DNA of 63,877 nucleotides, the filler included, from Octopus bimaculoides (lineage: Eukaryota): assembly GCF_001194135.2 (NCBI RefSeq). It is 4 parts of 4 records of this genome, joined end to end, with 100 filler letters (N's around TTAATTAATTAA, not from the genome) between each part and the next. Parts side by side here need not be neighbours in the genome. Positions count along the whole stretch, not along the records: positions 27,059 to 51,918 come from NC_068990.1; positions 52,019 to 60,491 come from NC_068986.1; positions 60,592 to 63,877 come from NW_026411469.1; 1 more part is not named here. One strand, given 5' to 3'. Below are positions 49,325 through 63,030 of the stretch, piece by piece; the stretch's first letter is position 1; each line of letters starts with the position of its first letter. Under the pieces are notes generated by a model, which had not been told where the DNA came from, searched no databases, and saw nothing but the letters and a program-made list of their open reading frames with translations. A program made the position numbers and the translations under genes.

Positions 49325-50485
49325 TATCATCATCATCATCATCGTTTAACGTCTGCTTTCCATGCTAGCATGGGTTGGACGATTTGACTGAGGACTGGTG
49401 AAACCAGATGGCAACACCAGGCTCCAATCTGATTTGGCAGAGTTTCTACAGCTGGATGCCCTTCCTAACGCCAACCACTCAGAGAGTGTAGTGGGTGCTT
49501 TTTACGTGCCACTGGCACGAAGGCCAGTCAGGCAGTACTGGCAACTGCCATGCTCAAAATGGTGTATTTTATGTGCCACCCGCACAGGAGCCAGTCCAGG
49601 GGCACTGGCAATGATCTCACTCGAAAATCCTACGAAGGCCNNNNNNNNNNNNNNNNNNNNNNNNNNNNNNNNNNNNNNNNNNNNNNNNNNNNNNNNNNNN
49701 NNNNNNNNNNNNNNNNNNNNNNNNNNNNNNNNNNNNNNNNNNNNNNNNNNNNNNNNNNNNNNNNNNNNNNNNNNNNNNNNNNNNNNNNNNNNNNNNNNNN
49801 NNNNNNNNNNNNNNNNNNNNNNNNNNNNNNNNNNNNNNNNNNNNNNNNNNNNNNNNNNNNNNNNNNNNNNNNNNNNNNNNNNNNNNNNNNNNNNNNNNNN
49901 NNNNNNNNNNNNNNNNNNNNNNNNNNNNNNNNNNNNNNNNNNNNNNNNNNNNNNNNNNNNNNNNNNNNNNNNNNNNNNNNNNNNNNNNNNNNNNNNNNNN
50001 NNNNNNNNNNNNNNNNNNNNNNNNNNNNNNNNNNNNNNNNNNNNNNNNNNNNNNNNNNNNNNNNNNNNNNNNNNNNNNNNNNNNNNNNNNNNNNNNNNNN
50101 NNNNNNNNNNNNNNNNNNNNNNNNNNNNNNNNNNNNNNNNNNNNNNNNNNNNNNNNNNNNNNNNNNNNNNNNNNNNNNNNNACATGCTGCGGGCACAAGT
50201 GCCAGAAAGGCGACGCTGGGCACAGGTGCCATCACGATTTCGCTTGCCCCAACAGTTCTTCGCAAGCTAAGTTTCATGTCCAATGAAAGAGACGACGTTG
50301 GCATGGGTGCCAGTCGTCGAATTTAGTACGATTTCGATTTCACTTGCTTCAACAGGTCTTCACAAGCGGAGTTTAGTGTCCAATGAAGGGAAGGTACGCA
50401 TAAGTGGGCTGGCTACACCCCTGGCAGAGGCCTTGGATTTAGGTCTCACTTGGCTTGCCAGGTCTTCTCACGCACAGCATATTTC
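49325..50485 (-). mobile_element. RTE 3' end with long 3' UTR, spanning a gap
   Basis: Family-B tail at 49325; TCACTTGGCTTGCCAGGTCTTCTCACGCACAGCATATTTC at about 50446-50485 matches the ORF2 end of the 48657 copy. Continuity across the gap is inferred. Confidence 0.7.
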
Positions 50486-51487
50486 TAGTAAAATACCAGT
50501 AATTATTAAAATATATAACGTAGAGTATAGAAAGTAGGATAATATCTTACAGCTGTTTCGGCCAAGAAGCCATAGTACCCTATTCTACTTTTATCCCTCC
50601 AGTGAACTGAAGTATTTGGTAGATGAAAGTAAGGTACTTGGGTGTGCCTCTGGGCTTCGTCAGAGAGTTTAGCAAGTTCATAAGGTTAAGTTATAAATAT
50701 AGATACATACATATATACATACATATACATAAATATACATAAACACATACATATATTTAAATGTATATGCATATGTATATGTATATGCATACAAAGGAAT
50801 CGATTATTATTATTATTAGGTGTATTATATTATATTATTCTTATTAGATCAAGTGTAAACAGAGGTAGGAGAAAGTTATTAAAAGAGAAATAGTAGTGCA
50901 ATTTAAAACATCAATGTATCTTAAGATTATTGTAATTATGTAGGAATGAAAAGGTATCTACATGAGGAAATCATATATATATACACATATACATACATGT
51001 ATATTTACATACAAACATACCCATAGGTACATACGTATTACATGTGTTGAGAAGGGAGTATTATTGCAGCAGTTCATATTATTCTTTTTATATAATTATA
51101 ATAATTATACACAAACCTATATATATTCATATAAACATGTGACATGTTTTCTATTGAGGGCTTTAGACAAAAGTCCACAATAAGTGGGTTAGAGTTTATA
51201 TTAATACCTGTGATATTAGTTGGTACTACAAGTCATAAATTTCTGGGTATTAATCAATATACTTTATTATTTTCCATTATTTTTTATTTATCGAGTAGCT
51301 GAAATCCTGCGGGAAGTGGGGAGGGGGTTTTGGTCAGTCCCGTAATCTAATTGGTCATCTATTGTTTTAAAAGGCCATGACTTTGTTATGGTTGGTTAAT
51401 GGATAACTGATAACATAAAACAAATTAGGCAAATATATATATAAAAATGTATATAAATAAAACAAAAACAAAATGTAAATGAATTCA

Positions 51488-51608
51488 TATACATGTATGT
51501 ATATTGTTATAATTGTCTTTTTAAAAAATAAATAAATAGACATAATATAATGTCTAAAAGTTGATGAATACCACCTCTCGATCCCCTCCATTTTCTTATT
51601 GCTGTATA
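51488..51608 (-). repeat. About 120-bp unclassified repeat, inverted partner of 49185-49305
   Basis: See partner. Confidence 0.9.
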
Positions 51609-51619
51609 TATATATGTAT

Positions 51620-51862
51620 ATCATCATTATCATCATCATCATCGTTTCACATCCACTTTCCATGCTAGCATGGGTTGGACGATTTGACTGAGGACTGGTG
51701 AACCAGATGGCTGCACCATGCTCCAATCTGATCTGGCAGAGTTTCAAGAGCTGGATGCCCTTCCTAACGCCAACCACTCCGAGAGTGTAGTGGGTGCTTT
51801 TACGCAGTACTGGCAACTGCCATGCTCAAATAGTGTTTTTACATGCCACCTGCACAGGAGTC
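51620..51862 (-). mobile_element. Family-B 3' end inside an (AT)n tract
   Basis: (ATC)n tail after TATATATATATGTATA; 5' truncation abuts (AT)n at 51863-51917. Confidence 0.88.
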
Positions 51863-51915
<53 letters not shown>

Positions 51916-52329
51916 TCANNNNNNNNNNNNNNNNNNNNNNNNNNNNNNNNNNNNNNNNNNNNTTAATTAATTAANNNNNNNNNNNNNNNNNNNNNNNNNN
52001 NNNNNNNNNNNNNNNNNNATATATATGTATGTATGTATGTATGTATGTGTATATATATGTATATATGTATGTATTATGTGTGTATGTATGTATATACACG
52101 TATGTAGTTACACATATATATACACACTCACGCATACACACAGTGGCATAAATGTTTATAGCAATTAGAAAATTATACATGTATGACTGTGCATGCGTGT
52201 GTGTGTATGTATGTATGTATGTGTGTATACGTATGTATAAGAATACCAGTATATATATGCATGTATTTATGTATGCGTGTCTGTGTGTGCATGTGCCTGT
52301 GTATGTATGTTTATACATGTATTTATACC

Positions 52330-53520
52330 CATGTATGTCATTACTCAGTTTATTTCAAGATTTCTTGCCAATAGAGAAAGAACCGGTTTCTAACCTACAT
52401 CCAAGTTTCCTTCATTGGAATCTCAATGTCATAAACAAAGTTTTTTTTTTATATGTATGTATTTATGTATGTCTGTATTTGCAGATTTGTATGTTTTACG
52501 TATGTATTCTCATGCATATAGCTGCATATCTAAACATGCTCGTATATATTTAGATGATAAACTTCTGCAAAGTTTTACAGATTTTTACAGTTCTAGTGAT
52601 GGATTGGATCTGTAGTCTTCGATTTAGCTTTCTCCTTTCTGGTTTTGAGAAGCCTAAATTTTCGAAATTTGTATTTAGGCAGTGTGTTACAATTCTCAGG
52701 ACCCCAATAATTACAGGTATAAACCTGAACTTGTAATCTGGATAGAGTAACTGCAGATTTCTCAATAGTTCAGTATAGGTGTTCTCTTTTTCACTAATCT
52801 TCAGCTTTATATTAACATCCGCTGGGCAGCTAATTTCTACAACTGTGCACAGTTTCTCTTCTCTATCCCAAATCATTATATCAGGTCTGTTGTGCTTACA
52901 TTTTATTGAGGTCTTCACTGGTACATTCCACCAGTATTCCTTTTTATTATGAGTGACTATGGTTTCTATCATATTGTGGGTTCTTATTTCTTTGTCCTCG
53001 GGTTTATCCTTCCGACGAATTTCATTATAGAGTGTCATGGCTACAACGTCATATCTCATCGGTAGATAAACCGTGATGACATTTTCGGACAACTGCTTAT
53101 GATGTGGGTGATACCTTCAGTGTGAACAACACAAAGTCTGCATCGGTTGTCACATTTTACGGTTTACCTTCATGTCTATCCCTTTTGTGCACCAGGAACT
53201 TGGTTGATACTTCCTGTTTCTGGATTGCAAACGCATACCCTTCAAAGTGGGAGGTAGTAATCCGACTATTGGTCCATGATAAACTGCTTTGATGATCGAT
53301 GTTACTATCATCACGGAGCTTTCTACAAACATCCATGTATAGTCTTCTGCTCATATAGGCTCATTCTTTCATCTAATGATACGTTGTGATAGAGCTGTGC
53401 GACTTTTTGGCCATGTATTCTAGGTTATCAGACAAAGAGTGTTGCTCAAGGAGCTGCCTTCCAAGTCTTATGATGTTATCAGCCTTACGTATGCAAACTT
53501 GGTCAAGGGATGCACTTCGA
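52330..53520 (-). mobile_element. REL-type (R4/Dong-related) LINE C-terminal fragment
   Basis: HFEGYAFAIQKQEVSTK...YLPMRYDVVA...WWNVPVKTSIKCKHNRPDIMIWDREEKLCTVVEISCP (PD..E motif) ...FIPVIIG. Confidence 0.85.
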
Positions 53521-54057
53521 CACTTGATATTTATGTGTGTATGTATGTATATATGTATGTACGTACGAATGTATGTATGTGTGCATGTGTATGCGTAAGT
53601 ATGAATCTAAAAATTCCGTTTGTTTATGCAAAAAGTTCACGTACAAACACACACACACGTACACACTCTCATGCCCACATACACACCTACTTAAATATAT
53701 CCGTGTGAATGTATATATCTACGCATGTATGTATACATATACAAATGCGTAAATGAATGTATATAGAAAATTGACTGTCTATATACATGTGTGTGGGTAC
53801 ACTACTTTATTATCTCCCCTTCTTCTTAGCTCTCCTGTGTGACCCTTCTGTCCGGCATTTGCCATGATAGATCGCTAGCCACTAAACCTATTTCTATTTT
53901 CTCTCCTTGTTTCTTTCTGTGTTCCTTTCTGTGGAAGAGCGTAGGCTCGAAACGTTAAAGAGTTTTTCATTTCCCGAGCGTTATACTAATACATCTGTTT
54001 GTTGTCTACACCACCTGTCTTCGTCTTTTTTTGTGTGAATTCTCCCTATATATATAC

Positions 54058-54109
<52 letters not shown>

Positions 54110-54654
54110 CAGTCTCTCTTTCTCTCTCCACTCTTTCTCTTTTTCTCTTGTTGCTCACACGTGACTAACGTACATCTTTCTTTTCTTCTTTTTTCCAGGA
54201 ATGACCTCACCTGTTCTCTTTATTAATATCTTCTTATTTTTAATTGTATTAAGCATATTTGTGAGGTCTTTGATTTTAGTGTTCCATATAATTGCCTAAT
54301 TTTCCCAGTGTGTTGTGCTAGAGCTGCTTTCCCCTAGAAAAAGTGTTTTTGTCTTTAAATTGCTTGAATGACGCAAGCTGTTTATTCGAAATTTTTCAAC
54401 TCTGTTACAGATATGCAACTTTATTATATTACAAATCAATATGTTTCAATATGCAAATCAGATTATGTCTTCTTACAACTAAGATACTTTTATCAGTATA
54501 TAAGGATGTTTGCTTTCAATTTTAAAATCAGCGTAATTTAGTCACAGTTTCATGTTCGAAAATATGCAAGATTTAAATAGCTTCAAATATTTGTGAGATT
54601 ACATAGAGGCCACATTTCAATACTAGGCGACAGAGAACAATGAAAGGGAAAATT

Positions 54655-54810
54655 GCACAGGTATGGCTGTGTGTTAATAAGCTTAGTTCCCAACCACATG
54701 ATTTCGGGTTCAGTCCCACTTGAGGAATTGTCATCTACTATAGCCACGGGCCGAACGTAGCCTTCTGAGTGGAATTGGTAGACGGAACCTGAAAGAAGCT
54801 TGTCGTATAT
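54655..54810 (+). mobile_element. SINE family A head and core fragment
   Basis: CACAGGTATGGCTGTGTG...GGGTTCAGTCCCACT...GAGTGGAATTGGTAGACGGAACCTGAAAGAAGC. Confidence 0.8.
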
Positions 54811-55519
54811 ATATACTTTATTTAAAAGCAGCAGAAATATAACAAAAGCTGTTACTCAGAGTTTCACGTTCCCGTTTATCGGACAGTTTTGTTAAAATAG
54901 AACAGAAATAACGATGTGATCAAATCTAGTTAAAGGATGCATCTTTAAAAATGGATTTGTTTCATTGGTTCTTTCAATTAACGGTCTTAAGCATGCAATG
55001 AACAAAATAAACAAAATAAATGAATTCAATACAAATTCATCCTATTACATAAAACCTTAAATCGAAGAGTGGATTCAAAGAGCATACTGTAAATAATTAT
55101 ATACGAAATATAATTCAATTAACACATTAAAGTTAAAATTAAAATTTTCACGCTGCATTACATAGATATTTTACAACAGTATATACGCATACTAGACCAT
55201 CTATAATATACATATATACATCAAAATACACATATGCATGCACACAGAACACATACATATACAGGCATATATATGTAAGACATAAATATACGCACAAATA
55301 CACATATACACATTTATATATATGTGTACGCAACCATGCTCGCATATGAACATCTCTTGGTGTATACATATAGAAGTTATAACAGACAAGCTAGATGAGA
55401 AGTATATTTTAAACGTAGGGAGGGGAAAAGAAAAAGGAATGGAATGATCTTAAACGTAACAGTTGGCGAGGGAAAGAGATAAGTAAGTGGGGAGAAGAGG
55501 AACAAATTATTAAATGATT

Positions 55520-56070
55520 ATATAGATTCCGTAAATGCAGCAACCAATTACAGAGAGGTATGAAAGAAAAAATTAAAGAAATTGACAGCTCAAATAAGAT
55601 CTTCGTTAATTCTGATAAGACAAAAAAACTTATACGCGGTTGATAAGGGTTTACAAGCGTCTAATTTCGAATAGCATCACAGATACATACAAAAACGATA
55701 ACACAAATTTATACAGAGATGAATTTGTAGGCAAGAAGAATAGCTAACAATCTTAAGATTAGCGATAAGATAGAATATCTTCCACCACCGACTCGCTTTT
55801 ATTACCCTAAAAGTCCATAAAGCCAATTTTAATAGAAACCCTAAATGTAGATTGATTAATCCGGCGAAAACTGAAATAGGTATTATTAGAAAATATATTT
55901 TAGATCGTATTTTAACAAAGTTAGATAGTGAATTAAGTTTGAGAATTTGGAAAAATAGTAAGTCAGTAATAGATTGGTTTGAAGGGATTAGCCATAAGCA
56001 TAACTACAAATGTATGCAGTTTGATATTGTTGACTTTTACCTGTCAATATCTAGGACAAGATACCTGTTC
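55520..56070 (+). mobile_element. Penelope-like element RT fragment
   Basis: FITLKVHKANFNRNPKCRLINPAKTEIGIIRKYILDRI...WKNSKSVIDWF...CMQFDIVDFYLSIS. Confidence 0.85.
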
Positions 56071-56185
56071 TTGCTAGGTAACGCCTATTTTTATTACATT
56101 CGTTACATTCACCGAGCGTGTTTCTTAATAGTGAGAAATATATGGATTTGAGGTGTTAACTTCTATTTCTAGCAAGTGATATTCC

Positions 56186-56243
<58 letters not shown>

Positions 56244-56776
56244 NNNNNNNNNNNNNNNNNNNNNNNNNNNNNNNNNNNNNNNNNNNNNNNNNNNNNNNNN
56301 NNNNNNNNNNNNNNNNNNNNNNNNNNNNNNNNNNNNNNNNNNNNNNNNNNNNNNNNNNNNNNNNNNNNNNNNNNNNNNNNNNNNNNNNNNNNNNNNNNNN
56401 NNNNNNNNNNNNNNNNNNNNNNNNNNNNNNNNNNNNNNNNNNNNNNNNNNNNNNNNNNNNNNNNNNNNNNNNNNNNNNNNNNNNNNNNNNNNNNNNNNNN
56501 NNNNNNNNNNNNNNNNNNNNNNNNNNNNNNNNNNNNNNNNNNNNNNNNNNNNNNNNNNNNNNNNNNNNNNNNNNNNNNNNNNNNNNNNNNNNNNNNNNNN
56601 NNNNNNNNNNNNNNNNNNNNNNNNNNNNNNNNNNNNNNNNNNNNNNNNNNNNNNNNNNNNNNNNNNNNNNNNNNNNNNNNNNNNNNNNNNNNNNNNNNNN
56701 NNNNNNNNNNNNNNNNNGTGCGTGCGTGTGTGTGTCTGTGTGTCTGTGTGTCTGTGTGTCTGTGAGTATACATATA

Positions 56777-57599
56777 CGAGGTCTGATCAATAAGTATTCA
56801 GACTGGTGCAATAGTAACGAAGCTAAAGTACGCAGAGTTAAGAACAGATTAAGTTTGACCTCAGCTATGCATGCACATTAAGTTTTAACGTTCTAATTCA
56901 CTTCCCTTGTTTACAGCAGTGCTTGGAAGTAACTTGTGATCGTCGCATTCACCATGGCAGAAAAAGTTGTCATGGCGATACCTGCTCAAAAGCCAACGCA
57001 AAGTTGCAGAAAGTGTATGGAGAGGAGTGTTTGAGCCGCACACAAGTGTACGATTGGTTCAGACGTTTCCAAGATAGCTAAAAAACAAATAGCGATATTG
57101 ATTAACGTTCTGGGAGACCCGCAACCAGCAAAACTGAGAAAAACATTGCAGATATGCATGCGACTGTGAGGGGAAATCGTCGAATCACCATCTGTAAGTT
57201 ATCAGAGGATGTGCAGATTAGTTATGGTTCAGTTCAGTTCGTTATCACTGAAGATTTGGGTATGAGACGCGTGTCTGCCAAGTTTGTGCCAAGACTGTTT
57301 TCAGCTGACCAAAACGACACTCGAGTTTCAGTTGCACAAGGTCTCCTTGATTGTGTCGAGAACGATGAAAACTTTTTGAAAACTTTGCGTAGACCTCTGA
57401 GCAGGTACCGCCAAGCTTTTGGCAAAATTTGATGCAGATTTTCTGCTCAACTTTCTTCGTCATGGTCAATGCGACGATCACACGCTACACACGTTACTTT
57501 CAAGCACTGTTGTAAGCAGCGGACGTGAGCTAGAACGATAAAATTTTGTGCGCATGCACAGCAGAGATGAAGATCAATCTTTGCCAAGCGGCTTTACTC
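56777..57599 (+). mobile_element. Non-autonomous mariner: left end plus transposase N-terminus, then a second left end in inverted orientation
   Basis: TA|CGAGGTCTGATCAATAAGTAT TIR; KVYGEECLSRTQVYDWFRRF...RSGRP...NRRITICKLSEDVQISYGSV...LGMRRVSAKFVPRL. 57371-57599 on the minus strand reads MTKKVEQKICIKFCQKLGGTCSEVY plus the 5' UTR. Confidence 0.88.
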
Positions 57600-57892
57600 N
57601 NNNNNNNNNNNNNNNNNNNNNNNNNNNNNNNNNNNNNNNNNNNNNNNNNNNNNNNNNNNNNNNNNNNNNNNNNNNNNNNNNNNNNNNNNNNNNNNNNNNN
57701 NNNNNNNNNNNNNNNNNNNNNNNNNNNNNNNNNNNNNNNNNNNNNNNNNNNNNNNNNNNNNNNNNNNNNNNNNNNNNNNNNNNNNNNNNNNNNNNNNNNN
57801 NNNNNNNNNNNNNNNNNNNNNNNNNNNNNNNNNNNNNNNNNNNNNNNNNNNNNNNNNNNNNNNNNNNNNNNNNNNNNNNNNNNNNNNNNNNN

Positions 57893-59690
<1,798 letters not shown>

Positions 59691-59859
59691 AAAAGAGATG
59701 AAGACCGAAATCCTTCAAAGGGATGTCAAACATTCAAGTCCGCCGATACAGTCCAAGTAAATAATATATATATAAATATATATTCAGCATTTGCAAAACT
59801 AATAAATGACGTATAAGGAAAGGAAAAATTGTAGGTGTAGACGAACTTAAATTCATAAT

Positions 59860-60171
59860 CTAGGTTGATACAGAACCAATGTACATTCTACATATTGTTT
59901 CGGAGTCTAATTAATTCCAAAGACAAAACGAAAAATATACAAAGACCTTTCATATCCCAGACAGGAACGAACAAATACATATTTGTTCGTTCCCGTCTGG
60001 ACTATAAAAGGTCTTTATATATTTTTGTTGGTCGTAATTATTCATACCAGTATGTAATTCCCGACGAAGAATCTAATTTTTATTCCATGAAGAGTTTTTC
60101 GTTTTTGTCTTTGGAATTAATTAGACTCCGAAACAATTTGTAGAATGTATACTGGTTTTGTGCCAACCTGG
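59860..60171. repeat. Nested inverted-repeat (foldback/MITE-like) element
   Basis: Outer arms 59860-59935 and 60095-60171; inner hairpin 59931-59977 and 59980-60026. Confidence 0.85.
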
Positions 60172-60437
60172 ATTGACAGTCTGATGACAGTGAGCAATCG
60201 AAACTTCAAAGCCACGGTCAACTTTTGTTAATGCGTATGTACTCTACTAAAAAGTAATAATAGTTCAACTTAATGTTGAATTGTTTTCATACATAACATA
60301 AAAATAATTAGATTATATACATGTATACATATACATACACACACACACACACATACTTATACTTGCAGCTGTTTGTTGAAATATCAATGTAGTTGTCTTA
60401 TACATGTGGGCATATATATGTTTGTATTTATGTGTAT

Positions 60438-60491
<54 letters not shown>

Positions 60492-60864
60492 NNNNNNNNN
60501 NNNNNNNNNNNNNNNNNNNNNNNNNNNNNNNNNNNTTAATTAATTAANNNNNNNNNNNNNNNNNNNNNNNNNNNNNNNNNNNNNNNNNNNNTCTACCATC
60601 TCAAGATACTAACTATAAACAATGCAGAAAAATAAATACAATGTTTACTACAGATTTGTTTAATTTTATAAAATGTGTATACAAATTAAAAACATTATGA
60701 TTTGAATTAACAAAAGCGAAACAACAGATATATATATANNNNNNNNNNTATATATATATTACTTGCCAAAGAATTACTAATACTGCAATGTCAGTATTAG
60801 TATGATGAATTGATCCTTTTCAAAAGTATTTTAAGACCTTCATTTTAAAAGTAACTGTTGAATA

Positions 60865-61200
60865 TTGGAGATCATATGAAATATGGCAAATGAAGCAAAT
60901 GCACAATTATGAATTTCGTTATCAATTTAGCAATTAGAAATCTTCCTTGCAATCACGCTTCTAAGGAAAGAGAGTTAATTGACATTTAGCTTGTGAAACA
61001 ACGTAAGTTTTCGTAGCAACAGCTGAGTTGCTGCTTCTAAAATTTTGTTTAAGGTTTGTAGAAAGGTTCTGTATATTCCTAAATCAGTCTAAAGAATTTT
61101 ATACTAAGTTTAAATGTCTGTTTATATAACATAGGTATAATTATATTAACTGTTACAACGGAACCAATAATTGGTGCTTTGGTACACTGTATATGTATTT
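60865..61200 (+). repeat. Diverged direct duplication, copy 1 (partner about 62665-63030)
   Basis: Colinear blocks ATCATAT.AAATATG.CAAATGAA.CAAA.GCA, TTAGCTTGTGAA, AAATCAGTCTA.AGA..TT.ACTAAGTTTAA, TTATATTAACTGTTA. Confidence 0.75.
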
Positions 61201-62054
61201 TTATCAACAGAGATTTGAACAAGAGAACGAAAAACTGGAATACTAATGTTATTGTCAATTTTCTTACCAGATGCTAACAGAGGAAAACTAAAGTAGAAAT
61301 TTTAGTATTACTGCAGTGTTTTAGTGAGTTTTCAGATCTCAGCTGATTATGAAATAANNNNNNNNNNNNNNNNNNNNNNNNNNNNNNNNNNNNNNNNNNN
61401 NNNNNNNNNNNNNNNNNNNNNNNNNNNNNNNNNNNNNNNNNNNNNNNNNNNNNNNNNNNNNNNNNNNNNNNNNNNNNNNNNNNNNNNNNNNNNNNNNNNN
61501 NNNNNNNNNNNNNNNNNNNNNNNNNNNNNNNNNNNNNNNNNNNNNNNNNNNNNNNNNNNNNNNNNNNNNNNNNNNNNNNNNNNNNNNNNNNNNNNNNNNN
61601 NNNNNNNNNNNNNNNNNNNNNNNNNNNNNNNNNNNNNNNNNNNNNNNNNNNNNNNNNNNNNNNNNNNNNNNNNNNNNNNNNNNNNNNNNNNNNNNNNNNN
61701 NNNNNNNNNNNNNNNNNNNNNNNNNNNNNNNNNNNNNNNNNNNNNNNNNNNNNNNNNNNNNNNNNNNNNNNNNNNNNNNNNNNNNNNNNNNNNNNNNNNN
61801 NNNNNNNNNNNNNNNNNNNNNNNNNNNNNNNNNNNNNNNNNNNNNNNNNNNNNNNNNNNNNNNNNNNNNNNNNNNNNNNNNNNNNNNNNNNNNNNNNNNN
61901 NNNNNNNNNNNNNNNNNNNNNNNNNNNNNNNNNNNNNNNNNNNNNNNNNNNNNNNNNNNNNNNNNNNNNNNNNNNNNNNNNNNNNNNNNNNNNNNNNNNN
62001 NNNNNNNNNNNNNNNNNNNNNNNNNNNNNNNNNNNNNNNNNTGAGTTTTCTACA

Positions 62055-62620
62055 AATATCGGTTCCAAATTTCGAAACAAGGTTAGCAATTTATGGAGAG
62101 AGTGTTGGCCGATTATATCGGTCCCATTGCCCAACTGGTACTTACTTTAATCGACCCCGAAAGAATGAAAGGCAATGTCGATCTCGGCGGAATTTGAACT
62201 AAGAACATAAAGACGGACAAAATGCCTCTCAGTATGTTGCGGGCGAGCTAAAGGATTTTGACAGCTCCCCGCTCTGTTTTACTACGAATGTTAAACAATG
62301 ATATGAAAATAGCAATGCTATTTTAGTACTTATTTTATCGGCCACTAAAGGATGGAAGATAAATTCGACCTCGGAGGAATTTGAGCTCAAAACTTAAAGA
62401 CGGACGAAATGCCGCTAAAAATATTGCACGGTATGCAAACACTTTTGCCAGCTCACCGACTNNNNNNNNNNNNNNNNNNNNNNNNNNNNNNNNNNNNNNN
62501 NNNNNNNNNNNNNNNNNNNNNNNNNNNNNCCACAAGTATTTCAACGGAGCGGAAGTCGACTACATTTACTCCAAACATTGACCGGTACTTATTTTATCGA
62601 CCCCGAATGATGAAAGACTC
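62055..62620 (-). mobile_element. Three same-orientation SINE family C copies (about 62055-62275, 62325-62460, 62530-62620)
   Basis: Each carries TCGACCCCG or CGA.CTCGG.GGAATTTGA and/or the GCCAGCTC.CCG head. Confidence 0.85.
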
Positions 62621-62664
62621 AGTCGTCGAACGATAGCTTAGCTGCCCGATACGACAAAGTCAAT

Positions 62665-63030
62665 GTCATCATATAAAATATGTCAAATGAATCAAACGCA
62701 TTATTATGAATTTGATAATCAATTTCACAATTTGAAATGATCCGTGCGAACATTTTTCCAAGCAAAGAATGCCAATTTATACTTAGCTTGTGAAGCGATA
62801 TAAGCATTTGTTGCCTCAGCACAATAGAATAATATATATAAATAATAAATATGGTAGCTACTATTTCTAAAACATTGTTTGATATTCGTAGGAAGACTCT
62901 GTATTTTCCAAAGTCAGTCTATAGAGATTTACACTAAGTTTAATTGTTTATTCATATAACACAGACATTATTATATTAACTGTTATAATTGAGCCAGTAA
63001 TCGGTGCGTTAATGCAATATTTGAATATGA
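62665..63030 (+). repeat. Diverged direct duplication, copy 2
   Basis: See copy 1. Confidence 0.75.

Noticed and set aside
54199-54226. Strong acceptor TTTTCCAG as the next GON4L exon
   Set aside because: The in-phase reading stops after 9 codons (NDLTCSLY*) with no GON4L-like motif; it lies in a CT-rich repeat tail.
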